Below, in pieces: positions 56,173-64,000 of a stretch of DNA of 64,000 nt. The first letter of the stretch is position 1; each line of letters opens with the position of its first letter. A program made the translations under genes and the position numbers. Source of the DNA: Thermoguttaceae bacterium (GTDB taxonomy: Bacteria; Planctomycetota; Planctomycetia; Pirellulales; Thermoguttaceae); assembly GCA_017405595.1 (NCBI GenBank), contig JAFRAC010000005.1, forward strand, positions 46,131 through 110,130, given 5' to 3'. The notes under the pieces were generated by a model. The model did not search any database. It was not told where the DNA came from and saw only the letters and a program-made list of their open reading frames with translations.

Positions 56173-59025
56173 ATGAACTCAATATTCAGATCGTTTTTCC
56201 TAACCCCGTTCCTGTTCTGGCTGTCCTGGACAGGGGTTCTTTCGGCCGCAGAGGCAGTGCTCGAAACCGATACTCTTCGTTATGTCATTGGAGAGGACGG
56301 GAAAAACATTTCCCTTTTCGACAAGGTCGGCGGGCATGAATATCTTGAAAAGGATTCTCCCTCTTTCTGCGCCCTGGCAAAGATTGGCGGTGCGGAATAC
56401 CCTGCCGATTCCGCAGAGTTTGACGGTCATCTGCTTCGGCTCTCTTTTGCCGAAGAGGCGATTACCGCCGCGATCAAGGTTACGCCGTCCGGCGGAAGTC
56501 TTATCTTTGAGACGGCCGAGGTGACAGGAGAACCGGACGAACTGGTCTTTGTCAATATTCCTCTGACTCTCGAAGCGAAACCTTACGAACCGTTTGCCGC
56601 CTGTGCTCTGGCGCTTACGCCTTTTACTCATGTTCGCCGGTTTCCCGCGCTGCATGACGCCTATTGGGCCGAGGCCGCCGCGCGGTTCGGTCTGGTCGGC
56701 GCGAAGGCCGCGCTGGTCGGCGTGCCGCAGCCGGACATTCTGCCGGCGATCCGCCGCGTGATGACGGACGAGGCCGTTGACATTCCCGGTTCGGATAGGG
56801 GGGGCGCGTGGGCGCTGTCGGGTTCCGACGGGTTCGGCTCGTATATGCTGAACTTCGGCACCCTGACCGAAGAGACTGCCGACTCGTGGATTGAGGCGTG
56901 CCGGCGGCTCGGGATTAACCAGATCGAATGCCACGGCGGCAGATTCTTCCGGTTCGGTTCGCTCGACAACGTTCAGCCGGGGGGATGGGATTCATTTAAG
57001 AAGGTGATCGACCGCTGTCACGAGGCGGGGATCCAGGTGATCCTGCTGACCTATTCGTGTTATATCAACAAAGACGACCGCTACGTGACGCCCGTTCCGT
57101 ACCCCGACCTGGATACCTGGCGCGACTGGACGCTTGCCGGGCCGATCGACGCCGAGGCGGACGAGATTACCGTCAATGAACCGATTCCGCCGGAGGCTCT
57201 TGTTTCGGGTTGGGAATCGACGAGCAGCCGTACCCTTCGGCTGGGGGACGAAATCGTCGAGTACTCCGGCGCAACGAACGAAGCGCCCTGGAAATTCCTG
57301 GGATGCAAACGGGGATTTCATGAAACGGCTGCCGCACCGCACGATGCTGGTTCAACAGCGTCGCTTTTAAAGACATATTGGGGGGGGCTTTATGTTCCCA
57401 AACCGGATTCGGCGCTTTGGTACGAGATTGCGAAAAATCACGCCGATCTGGTGAACCGGTACGGATTCGACGGAATCTACTTCGATGCCATCGAAGGGCT
57501 CCAATATATGTGGGGGAAAGAAAACTACTGGTATTATGGCGGGAAGTTCGTGATGGACGTCGCCAAAAATCTGGACCGTCCGGTCGGCATGGAGTTTTCC
57601 GGGATGGTCCATTTCTGGTGGCATTACTGCTCGCGTTCCCAGGCGTGGGACTCGGCGGTCCGCGGCTTTAAACGGTTTCTCGATATTCACCTTGCCTCGA
57701 CGAAGGCGGGCGAGGAGTATCTGCACGGCTGCTGGCTCGGTCACGACCCGGAAATCGGCAAGTATGGCGGAATGGAAGCGGGAGGCCTCTATCTGCCTTT
57801 CCATATCGGCTGGTGGAATCTCGTGACATGGGGGGAGCCGCAGTGCGACCAGACCTATCCCGACGATATCGACTACGTCGGGTGCAAGATGGTCGGGAAC
57901 AACGCCGGTTTTTCGTTCAATCACCCGATCACCGTCCGTGAGATGGACGGGAACCGGCTTCTGGGCGAATGCGCCGCGATGCTTCACGATTACACCGAAG
58001 TCCGGTCTGCCGGTCTTGACGAGTCGATTCTCGCCAGGCTCCGCGAGCCCGGGAAAGAATTTAAGCTTTATCGCGATGCCGACGGCACCCCGTGGTTCCG
58101 CGAGATGTTCTACAAGAAGCATAAAGTGACCGACCCGGCCGACCCGAGCGCGGAATGGCCGGTTGAAAACGGGTTCGGCACGCAGCCGCTCTCCGTTCGT
58201 GTGGCGGCGCTCTATACGCCCGCCGCGTACGACGATCCCGCCGCGGCGGTGCGGTTCGATCCGAAGGGCGTTCCCGCCGAGTGCGAGGGGAATACCGGTG
58301 TGACCGGCACGATCGAACTGGACGCGGGAACGGTTCCGGCGACCGGCGAGGCGGCATTCGCCTTCAGCGCGCGGAATTCCGGCGAGGTGCCGAGCGATGC
58401 CGCCTGGGTCCATACTGAAACCTGTCTGATGCCGGCGGAAAGCGACCCGTCGAAACTCCGTGCAACGGGCATGTGGGTTTGCGGCGACGGCCAGGGAGAG
58501 GTTCTGAACCTTCAGATCGGCCTTTACAGCCAGCTGGTCAAGATCGATTTCACCGGCTGGAAGTATATTGAACTCCTCGAAGCCGATTCGTCTGCCCTGA
58601 GCCGTTATGTCTGGCCGGCGATGGGGTATACCGTCTACACACATTACCGGGAAACCGGCGATTTGAGTTCCTGCCGCCTCTGGTATAACAACATCCCCGC
58701 CGGAAAGACGGTGCGCTGTCTGATCGGTCCGGTGAGGGCGCTCCCCTACGCGGAGTACGAGCTGAAAAACCCCGTCGTAACGGTTAACGGCCATTCGGTC
58801 ACTCTGCCGGTAACGCTTGAGTCGGGAACTTACGCCGAACTTCGGAATGGAAAATGTGTGAAATACGATAAATACTGGACGCCGCTCGCCGAGACGGCGC
58901 CGGAAGGCGCAGTTCCGACCCTTGCGAAGGGGATGAACCGCATCCGTGTTTCGGCCGGGGTACCGGTCCCAACCTCGGCACGGATGGAAGTGACGGTGAT
59001 CGGGGAAGGGGAGACGCTCCGTTAG
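56173..59025 (+). CDS. Secreted ~950-aa protein of unrecognised family (TIM-barrel glycosidase-like core), array member 1
   Basis: Signal peptide MNSIFRSFFLTPFLFWLSWTGVLSA. Conserved blocks shared with members 2 and 3: GGAWAL, NFGTLTEETADSWIE, CHEAGI.V.L.TYSC, GFDGIYFDAIEG, GMEFSGM.H.WWHY and YLPFHIGWW. The track ORF starts at 56086. Confidence 0.8.
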   Translation: MNSIFRSFFLTPFLFWLSWTGVLSAAEAVLETDTLRYVIGEDGKNISLFDKVGGHEYLEKDSPSFCALAKIGGAEYPADSAEFDGHLLRLSFAEEAITAAIKVTPSGGSLIFETAEVTGEPDELVFVNIPLTLEAKPYEPFAACALALTPFTHVRRFPALHDAYWAEAAARFGLVGAKAALVGVPQPDILPAIRRVMTDEAVDIPGSDRGGAWALSGSDGFGSYMLNFGTLTEETADSWIEACRRLGINQIECHGGRFFRFGSLDNVQPGGWDSFKKVIDRCHEAGIQVILLTYSCYINKDDRYVTPVPYPDLDTWRDWTLAGPIDAEADEITVNEPIPPEALVSGWESTSSRTLRLGDEIVEYSGATNEAPWKFLGCKRGFHETAAAPHDAGSTASLLKTYWGGLYVPKPDSALWYEIAKNHADLVNRYGFDGIYFDAIEGLQYMWGKENYWYYGGKFVMDVAKNLDRPVGMEFSGMVHFWWHYCSRSQAWDSAVRGFKRFLDIHLASTKAGEEYLHGCWLGHDPEIGKYGGMEAGGLYLPFHIGWWNLVTWGEPQCDQTYPDDIDYVGCKMVGNNAGFSFNHPITVREMDGNRLLGECAAMLHDYTEVRSAGLDESILARLREPGKEFKLYRDADGTPWFREMFYKKHKVTDPADPSAEWPVENGFGTQPLSVRVAALYTPAAYDDPAAAVRFDPKGVPAECEGNTGVTGTIELDAGTVPATGEAAFAFSARNSGEVPSDAAWVHTETCLMPAESDPSKLRATGMWVCGDGQGEVLNLQIGLYSQLVKIDFTGWKYIELLEADSSALSRYVWPAMGYTVYTHYRETGDLSSCRLWYNNIPAGKTVRCLIGPVRALPYAEYELKNPVVTVNGHSVTLPVTLESGTYAELRNGKCVKYDKYWTPLAETAPEGAVPTLAKGMNRIRVSAGVPVPTSARMEVTVIGEGETLR

Positions 59026-59590
59026 CGCGTCGCGTCTTGAAAACGGGTCAGTCGCCCGGTAAACTAAAGGGTGTGTTTTGCGCCGTGTCCGTGCCCTTTT
59101 TACCGGCGGTGCGGGCGGCGGCTCCGTTGGGATAGAATTTGGGACGATATGATGAACAGTTCGCTCAAAGCCTTTTTTCTCTTTCTTTTCTGCGCCTTTG
59201 CGGGCGCGGTTTATGCCGATGCGGTACTCAAAACTGACACGTTCCGCTACGTGATTTCCGATGAGGGTAAGAACCTTTCCCTTTTCGATAAGGCCGGAAA
59301 CCGGGAATATCTTCGGAAAGAGCCGGTGTCGGCCTGCGCGTATGTCAAGACCGGCGGAACCGAGTTTCCCGCCACGGGCGCGGCGCTCGACGGCGGAACG
59401 CTTCGGCTGGAGTTCGGCGGCGCATCGGCCCGTGCCGAACTTCGGGTGACCCCGCGGCCGGGCGCCGTCATTCTGGAAATTACCGCGGTCGAGGGCACGT
59501 TCGACGAGCTGATCTTCGTCAATATTCCGCTCGAACTGGAAGCGAAACCGTACGAGCCGTTTGCCGCCTGCGCCCTGGCGCTCACTCCGT
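58985..59590 (+). repeat. Near-identical junction segment shared with 61934-62545
   Basis: The last ~40 nt of member 1, the 123-nt spacer and the first ~440 nt of member 2 closely match the corresponding member 2/member 3 junction. Identity is over 90 % by eye, with a 6-nt indel in the spacer. Confidence 0.8.
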
Positions 59591-61974
59591 TTACTCATGT
59601 TCATCAGCTTCCCGCGCTGCATACCGAGTACCGGGCGCGCGCGGTCGCGCGGTTCGGTCTGGCCGGTGCGAAAGCCGCGATGATCGGCGTGCCGCAGGCG
59701 GATATCCTGCCGGCGATCCGCCGCGTGATGACGGACGACGCCGTCGGATTCCCCTTCTCGGACAAAGGGGGTGCATGGGCGCTGTCGAGTCCGGACGGAT
59801 ACGGCTCGTATCTGATGAACTTCGGCACGCTGACCGAAGAGACGGCCGACTCGTGGATTGAGTCGTGCAAGCGGATCGGATTCGATCAGATCGATAATCA
59901 CGGCGGCGGCTTCTTCCGGTTCGGTTCGCTCGACAACGTTCAGCCGGGCGGCTGGGATTCGTTTAAAAGGGTGATCGACCGATGCCACGAGGCGGGGATT
60001 CGCGTTCTTCTGCATACCTATTCCTGCTTCATTAACCAGAACGACCGCTATGTGACCCCGGTCCCGCATCCCGATCTGGATACCTGGCGCGACTGGACGC
60101 TTGCCGAACCGATCGATGCCGATGCGGCGGAGATTACGGTCGTCGAGCCGCTCGACGGGGATCTCCTTCAGAAAGGGTGGTCGGCGACAAGTAGCCGGAC
60201 GCTCCGTCTGGGGGACGAGATCATCGAATATGAAGGTGTCACCGCGGAAGCGCCCTGGAAGTTCCTGGGGTGCAAGCGCGGGTTCCACGGAACTGCGGCC
60301 GCCCCGCATGAAAAGGGGTCCGCCGCGTCGCTCCTGAAAACGTACTGGAGCGGCCTCTATATCCCTAAACTCGAGTCGCCTCTCTGGCACGAGATCGCGA
60401 AGAATCACGCCGATGTGGTGAACAGGTGCGGGTTCGACGGGCTCTATTTCGACGCGATCGACGGGCTGAACCGGATGTGGGGGGACGAGGACTACTGGTA
60501 TTACGCCGGGAAGTTCGTGCTGGAAGTCGCCCGGCAGCTTGACCGGCCGGTCGGGATGGAGTTTTCGCATATGATTCACCCGTGGTGGCATTACCGTTCG
60601 CGGTTTCAGGCGTGGGATTCTCCGAACCGCGGGTTTAAGCGGTTCCTTGATATTCATATCGCCATGATCAAGGGGGCTCACTCGTATCAGCACGGCTCGG
60701 AAGCGGACCTTTGCGCCGCGCATAAGGACGGGCGGCTCTATTTGCCCCTTCAGCTCGGCTGGTGGAAATTCGTCCGGTGGGGAAACCCGAAAGATGAGCC
60801 GACCTACAGTGACGATATCGACTACATCGGCTGCAAGCTGGTTGGCAACCGCGCCGGGTTTTCGTTTAATCATCCGGTCGATGTGAGCCAGATCGACGCG
60901 GACTCGTTCCTTGCCGAGTCGATGAACCGGCTCCGCGATTATGCGCGGGTGCGCGACGCCGGGCTTGATGAATCGACTCTCGCACAGCTCCGGATACCGG
61001 GAAAAGAGTTTAGGCTCTTTTTCGACGCCGACGGCGCGCCCCGTTTCCGTGAAATGTTTTACAAGAGGCATAAGGTGTTCCGCACCGATGACCGGAGCGC
61101 GGCGTGGCGCGTCGAAAATGAATTTGCGCCGCAGCCGCTTTCGCTGCGGATTAGTGCGCTCTACGTGCCCGACGCCGGCGCGCGGCGAGGTGTGCGGTTC
61201 GATCCTGCCGGAGTTTCCGCGCAGTGCGAGGGGAACCGCGGCGTGACCGGGCGGTTGGAGCTTGATGCCGGTCAGGTTCCGGCGACCGGTGAGACGGTGT
61301 TTGCCTTCAGTGCGTCGAATTCCGGCGAGGTTCCGAGCGAGGCTGCCTGGATTCGGACCGGCGCGGCGAAACTCGCCGGAGACGGAGAGACCGATCCCGA
61401 TTCTCTTTCGGCGACCGGGTTCTGGATCTGCGGTGACGGGGAAGGGGAGATCCTTAACGTACGGATCGGCTTCTGCTGTCATTTGGTGAAGATCGACTTT
61501 ACCGGGTGGCGGTATATCGAGCTTCTGGAACCCGACTCGGGCGAACTTCTGAATTACAACTGGCCTTCGCCGGTCGTCGGGCAGTACAGTCTGTTCCGCG
61601 AAACCGGCGATGTGTCGCTCTGCGAACTCTGGTACAACAACATTCCCGCCGGAAAGAGTGTCCGGTGCCTTTTCGGGCCGATCACCGGATTCCCGCACAC
61701 CGGGTATGAGCTGAAAAACCCGGCGGTTAACCTGGGCGGAAAGACGCTCCGTTTTCCGGTCACACTCGAGTCGGGGGCGTATCTTGAACTGCGGGGCGGT
61801 AAATGTGTGAAATACGACAGCACCGGCGCGCCGGCCGGCGAGGTGAATCCCGAAGGGGAGATTCCTGTGCTTGAGACGGGAGAGAATGACATTCTCTTTT
61901 CCGCCGAGACCGGCGGCGGGAATCCTTCCCGGGCCGAAGTGACGGTGATCGGGGAAGGGGGGACGCTCCGTTAG
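59149..61974 (+). CDS. Secreted ~940-aa protein of the same unrecognised family, array member 2
   Basis: Signal peptide MMNSSLKAFFLFLFCAFAGAVYA. Collinear with member 1 throughout. The track ORF starts at 59071. Confidence 0.8.
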   Translation: MMNSSLKAFFLFLFCAFAGAVYADAVLKTDTFRYVISDEGKNLSLFDKAGNREYLRKEPVSACAYVKTGGTEFPATGAALDGGTLRLEFGGASARAELRVTPRPGAVILEITAVEGTFDELIFVNIPLELEAKPYEPFAACALALTPFTHVHQLPALHTEYRARAVARFGLAGAKAAMIGVPQADILPAIRRVMTDDAVGFPFSDKGGAWALSSPDGYGSYLMNFGTLTEETADSWIESCKRIGFDQIDNHGGGFFRFGSLDNVQPGGWDSFKRVIDRCHEAGIRVLLHTYSCFINQNDRYVTPVPHPDLDTWRDWTLAEPIDADAAEITVVEPLDGDLLQKGWSATSSRTLRLGDEIIEYEGVTAEAPWKFLGCKRGFHGTAAAPHEKGSAASLLKTYWSGLYIPKLESPLWHEIAKNHADVVNRCGFDGLYFDAIDGLNRMWGDEDYWYYAGKFVLEVARQLDRPVGMEFSHMIHPWWHYRSRFQAWDSPNRGFKRFLDIHIAMIKGAHSYQHGSEADLCAAHKDGRLYLPLQLGWWKFVRWGNPKDEPTYSDDIDYIGCKLVGNRAGFSFNHPVDVSQIDADSFLAESMNRLRDYARVRDAGLDESTLAQLRIPGKEFRLFFDADGAPRFREMFYKRHKVFRTDDRSAAWRVENEFAPQPLSLRISALYVPDAGARRGVRFDPAGVSAQCEGNRGVTGRLELDAGQVPATGETVFAFSASNSGEVPSEAAWIRTGAAKLAGDGETDPDSLSATGFWICGDGEGEILNVRIGFCCHLVKIDFTGWRYIELLEPDSGELLNYNWPSPVVGQYSLFRETGDVSLCELWYNNIPAGKSVRCLFGPITGFPHTGYELKNPAVNLGGKTLRFPVTLESGAYLELRGGKCVKYDSTGAPAGEVNPEGEIPVLETGENDILFSAETGGGNPSRAEVTVIGEGGTLR

Positions 61975-62545
61975 TGCGGCGCGTCTTGAAAACGGGTCAG
62001 ACGCCCGGTAAACTTAAGGGGGTGTTTTGCGCCGTGTCCGCGCTCTTTTTACCGGCGGCGCGGCGCGCGGCGGCGGTTCAGACGGGATAGAATTTGGGAC
62101 GATATGATGAACAGTACGGTCAAAGCCTTTTTCCTCTTTCTTTTCTGCGCCTTTGCGGGCGCGGTTTATGCCGATGCGGTACTCGAAACCGACACGTTCC
62201 GCTACGTGATTTCCGATGAGGGGACGAACCTTTCCCTTTTCGATAAGGCCGGAAACCGGGAATATCTCCGGAAAGAGCCGGCGTCGGCCTGTGCGTATGT
62301 CAAGGCCGGCGGGACCGAGTTTCCCGCCACGGGCGCGGCGCTTGACGGCGGAACGCTTCGGCTGGAGTTTGGCGGCGCGTCGGCCCGCGCCGAACTTCGG
62401 GTGACCCCGCGGCCGGGCGCCGTCATTCTGGAAATCGCCGCGGCCGACGGCGTGTTCGACGAGCTGGTCTTCGTCAACGTTCCGCTCGAACTGGAAGCGA
62501 AACCGTACGAGCCGTTTGCCGCCTGCACTCTGGCGCTCACCTCTT
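61934..62545 (+). repeat. Near-identical junction segment shared with 58985-59590
   Basis: See the partner segment. Confidence 0.8.
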
Positions 62546-64000
62546 TTACCCACGTTCATCAGCTTCCCGCCCTTCATAACGCCTATTGGGGCGAAGCTAC
62601 GGAAAGGTTCGGGTTTATCGGCGCTAAAGCCGCTCTGATAGGTGTGCCGCAGTCCGAAATTCTTCCGGCGATCCGCCGCGTGATGACAGACGAGGCTGTG
62701 GATATTCCCGTGTCCGACAAAGGGGGCGCGTGGGCGCTGGCCAGTCCCGATGGTTACGGTTCCTATATGATGAACTTCGGCACGCTGACCGAAGAGACGG
62801 CCGGTTCCTGGATCGAGTCGTGCCGCCGGCTGGGGTTCAATCAGATCGATAATCACGGCGGCGGCTTTTTCAGTTTCGGTTCGCTCGACAACAGACAGCC
62901 GGGCGGTTGGGACGCGTTTAAGAAGGTGATCGACCGGTGTCACGAGGCGGGGATTCAGGTCATTCTGCATACTTATACCTGTTATATCGGGAAAGACGAC
63001 CGTTATGTTACACCGGTTCCCCATCCTGATTTGGATACCTGGCGGGATTGGACGCTTGCCGGGCCGATCGACGCCGAGTCGGACGAGATCACCGTCAATG
63101 AGCCGATTCCGCCGGAAATTCTTGCCTCGGGCTGGGAATCGACGAGCAGCCGCACGCTCCGGCTGGGAGACGAAATTATCGAATACGCAGATGTGACACA
63201 CGAGGCCCCCTGGAAATTCCTCGGCTGTAAGCGGGGGTTTCATGGAACGGCCGCCGCATCGCACGATGCCGGTTCAGCCGCGTCGCTTTTAAAGACATAT
63301 TGGGGGGGACTTTATGTTCCCAAACCGGGTTCGGCGCTTTGGTACGAGATTGCGAAAAACCACGCCGATCTGGTGAACAAATGCGGCTTTGACGGCATCT
63401 ATTTCGATGCAATCGAGGGACTCCAGTACATGTGGGGGAAGGAGAATTACTGGTACTACGGCGGCAAATTCGTCATGGACGTCGCCAAAGATCTGGACCG
63501 CCCGGTCGGCATGGAGTTTGCCGGAATGATCCATTCATGGTGGCATTACCGTTCCCGCTATCAGGCGTGGGATTCGGCGACCCGCGGCTTTAAACGGTTC
63601 CTCGACGTTCACCTTGCCTCGATGAAAGCGGGGGAGGAGTATCAGCACGGCTTCTGGCTCGGGCATGACCCGGAAATCGACAGGTTCGGCGCGATGAAAG
63701 AGGGCGGCCTCTATCTTCCCCTCCAGGTCGGCTGGTGGGGACTCGTCGGCTGGGGAGAGCCGCAGTACGACGCGACCTACCGGGATGACATTGACTATAT
63801 CGGATGCAAGCTGGTCGGGAACAACGCCGGTTTTTCGTTCAACCATCCGATTACCGTCGAAGAGATGGAAACCAATCCGTTCCTGGGCGACTGTGTGGCG
63901 CTTCTGCGGGATTACGCCGAAGCGCGGCGGGCCGGACTTGACGAATCGATTCTCGAAAAGCTTCGCCGGCCGGGAAAAGAGTTCAAGCTTTACCGCGATG
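62104..64000 (+). CDS. Same family, array member 3 (3' end outside the window)
   Basis: ATG at 62104 (MMNSTVKAFFLFLFCAFAGAVYA). My own translation stays open to nt 64000 and is collinear with members 1 and 2. It is absent from the ORF track, presumably because no stop lies within the window. Confidence 0.8.
   Translation, partial: MMNSTVKAFFLFLFCAFAGAVYADAVLETDTFRYVISDEGTNLSLFDKAGNREYLRKEPASACAYVKAGGTEFPATGAALDGGTLRLEFGGASARAELRVTPRPGAVILEIAAADGVFDELVFVNVPLELEAKPYEPFAACTLALTSFTHVHQLPALHNAYWGEATERFGFIGAKAALIGVPQSEILPAIRRVMTDEAVDIPVSDKGGAWALASPDGYGSYMMNFGTLTEETAGSWIESCRRLGFNQIDNHGGGFFSFGSLDNRQPGGWDAFKKVIDRCHEAGIQVILHTYTCYIGKDDRYVTPVPHPDLDTWRDWTLAGPIDAESDEITVNEPIPPEILASGWESTSSRTLRLGDEIIEYADVTHEAPWKFLGCKRGFHGTAAASHDAGSAASLLKTYWGGLYVPKPGSALWYEIAKNHADLVNKCGFDGIYFDAIEGLQYMWGKENYWYYGGKFVMDVAKDLDRPVGMEFAGMIHSWWHYRSRYQAWDSATRGFKRFLDVHLASMKAGEEYQHGFWLGHDPEIDRFGAMKEGGLYLPLQVGWWGLVGWGEPQYDATYRDDIDYIGCKLVGNNAGFSFNHPITVEEMETNPFLGDCVALLRDYAEARRAGLDESILEKLRRPGKEFKLYRD

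Noticed and set aside
57380-57387. G8 homopolymer in array member 1 (G7 at the homologous site of member 3, about 63302; another G8 at 12114-12121) as possible phase-variation tracts
   Set aside because: The tracts arise from a conserved Trp-Gly-Gly (TGG GGG GGN) or Pro-Pro coding context in GC-rich DNA. They are at the lower limit for slippage. The one at 12114 would only alter the last ~15 residues. There is no evidence of length heterogeneity from a single sequence.
57367-61698. 1443-aa ORF on the minus strand spanning array members 1 and 2 and their spacer
   Set aside because: It is antisense to two plus-strand genes that have signal peptides and mutually conserved blocks. Its translation is Arg/Pro/Gly-rich low-complexity sequence with no motifs. 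Long stop-free antisense frames are expected in high-GC3 coding DNA.
1-64000. Search for mobile elements, prophage, defence islands, rRNA or tRNA genes
   Set aside because: No transposase, integrase, recombinase, phage structural, restriction-modification, toxin-antitoxin or Cas-like motifs were seen in any frame. No tRNA-like cloverleaf was seen in the intergenic regions. The only compositional anomalies are short AT-rich promoter spacers and the 55.1-56.2 kb region.

Overview
GC-rich (roughly 60 % by eye), gene-dense bacterial chromosomal segment coding on both strands. A prepilin-type DUF1559 / H-X9-DG protein, three twin-arginine leaders and many secreted beta-helix or glycoside-hydrolase-like proteins suggest a polysaccharide-degrading member of the PVC superphylum (Kiritimatiellota / Lentisphaerota / Planctomycetota-like); this is inference only. 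Housekeeping genes recognised from motifs: rimO, mtaB, ribF, murJ, ispG, lpd, rlmKL, rhaM, an isocitrate dehydrogenase, a LeuB/tartrate-dehydrogenase-type enzyme, MOFRL glycerate kinase, and PfkB, GT4 and LysR proteins. One RNA gene is absent from the ORF track: a type-A RNase P RNA (rnpB, minus strand, about 16951-17330). I found no tRNA, rRNA, CRISPR array, transposase, integrase or recognisable defence gene. Many long ORFs in the track, including one of 1443 aa, are antisense shadow ORFs typical of high-GC DNA and were rejected. Most notable observations: (1) a tandem array of three genes (56.2-64.0 kb, the last truncated by the window end) for about 950-aa secreted TIM-barrel-like proteins of no family I recognise, with mosaic patterns of identity; (2) three same-orientation copies of a composite hairpin-bearing intergenic element at 4.9, 9.2 and 11.9 kb, whose stems differ between copies but stay paired and which are rich in GTAG (REP/BIME-like); (3) a MenA-like UbiA prenyltransferase translationally coupled to a radical-SAM enzyme, 2 kb upstream of ispG; (4) tandem two-domain SGNH esterase genes whose 5' halves are about 95 % identical; (5) a phosphomannose-isomerase-like cupin with CCC and CCCC termini; (6) a giant Pmp-repeat beta-helix protein built from concatenated modules. 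All functional calls rest on motif recognition by eye; no database search was run.
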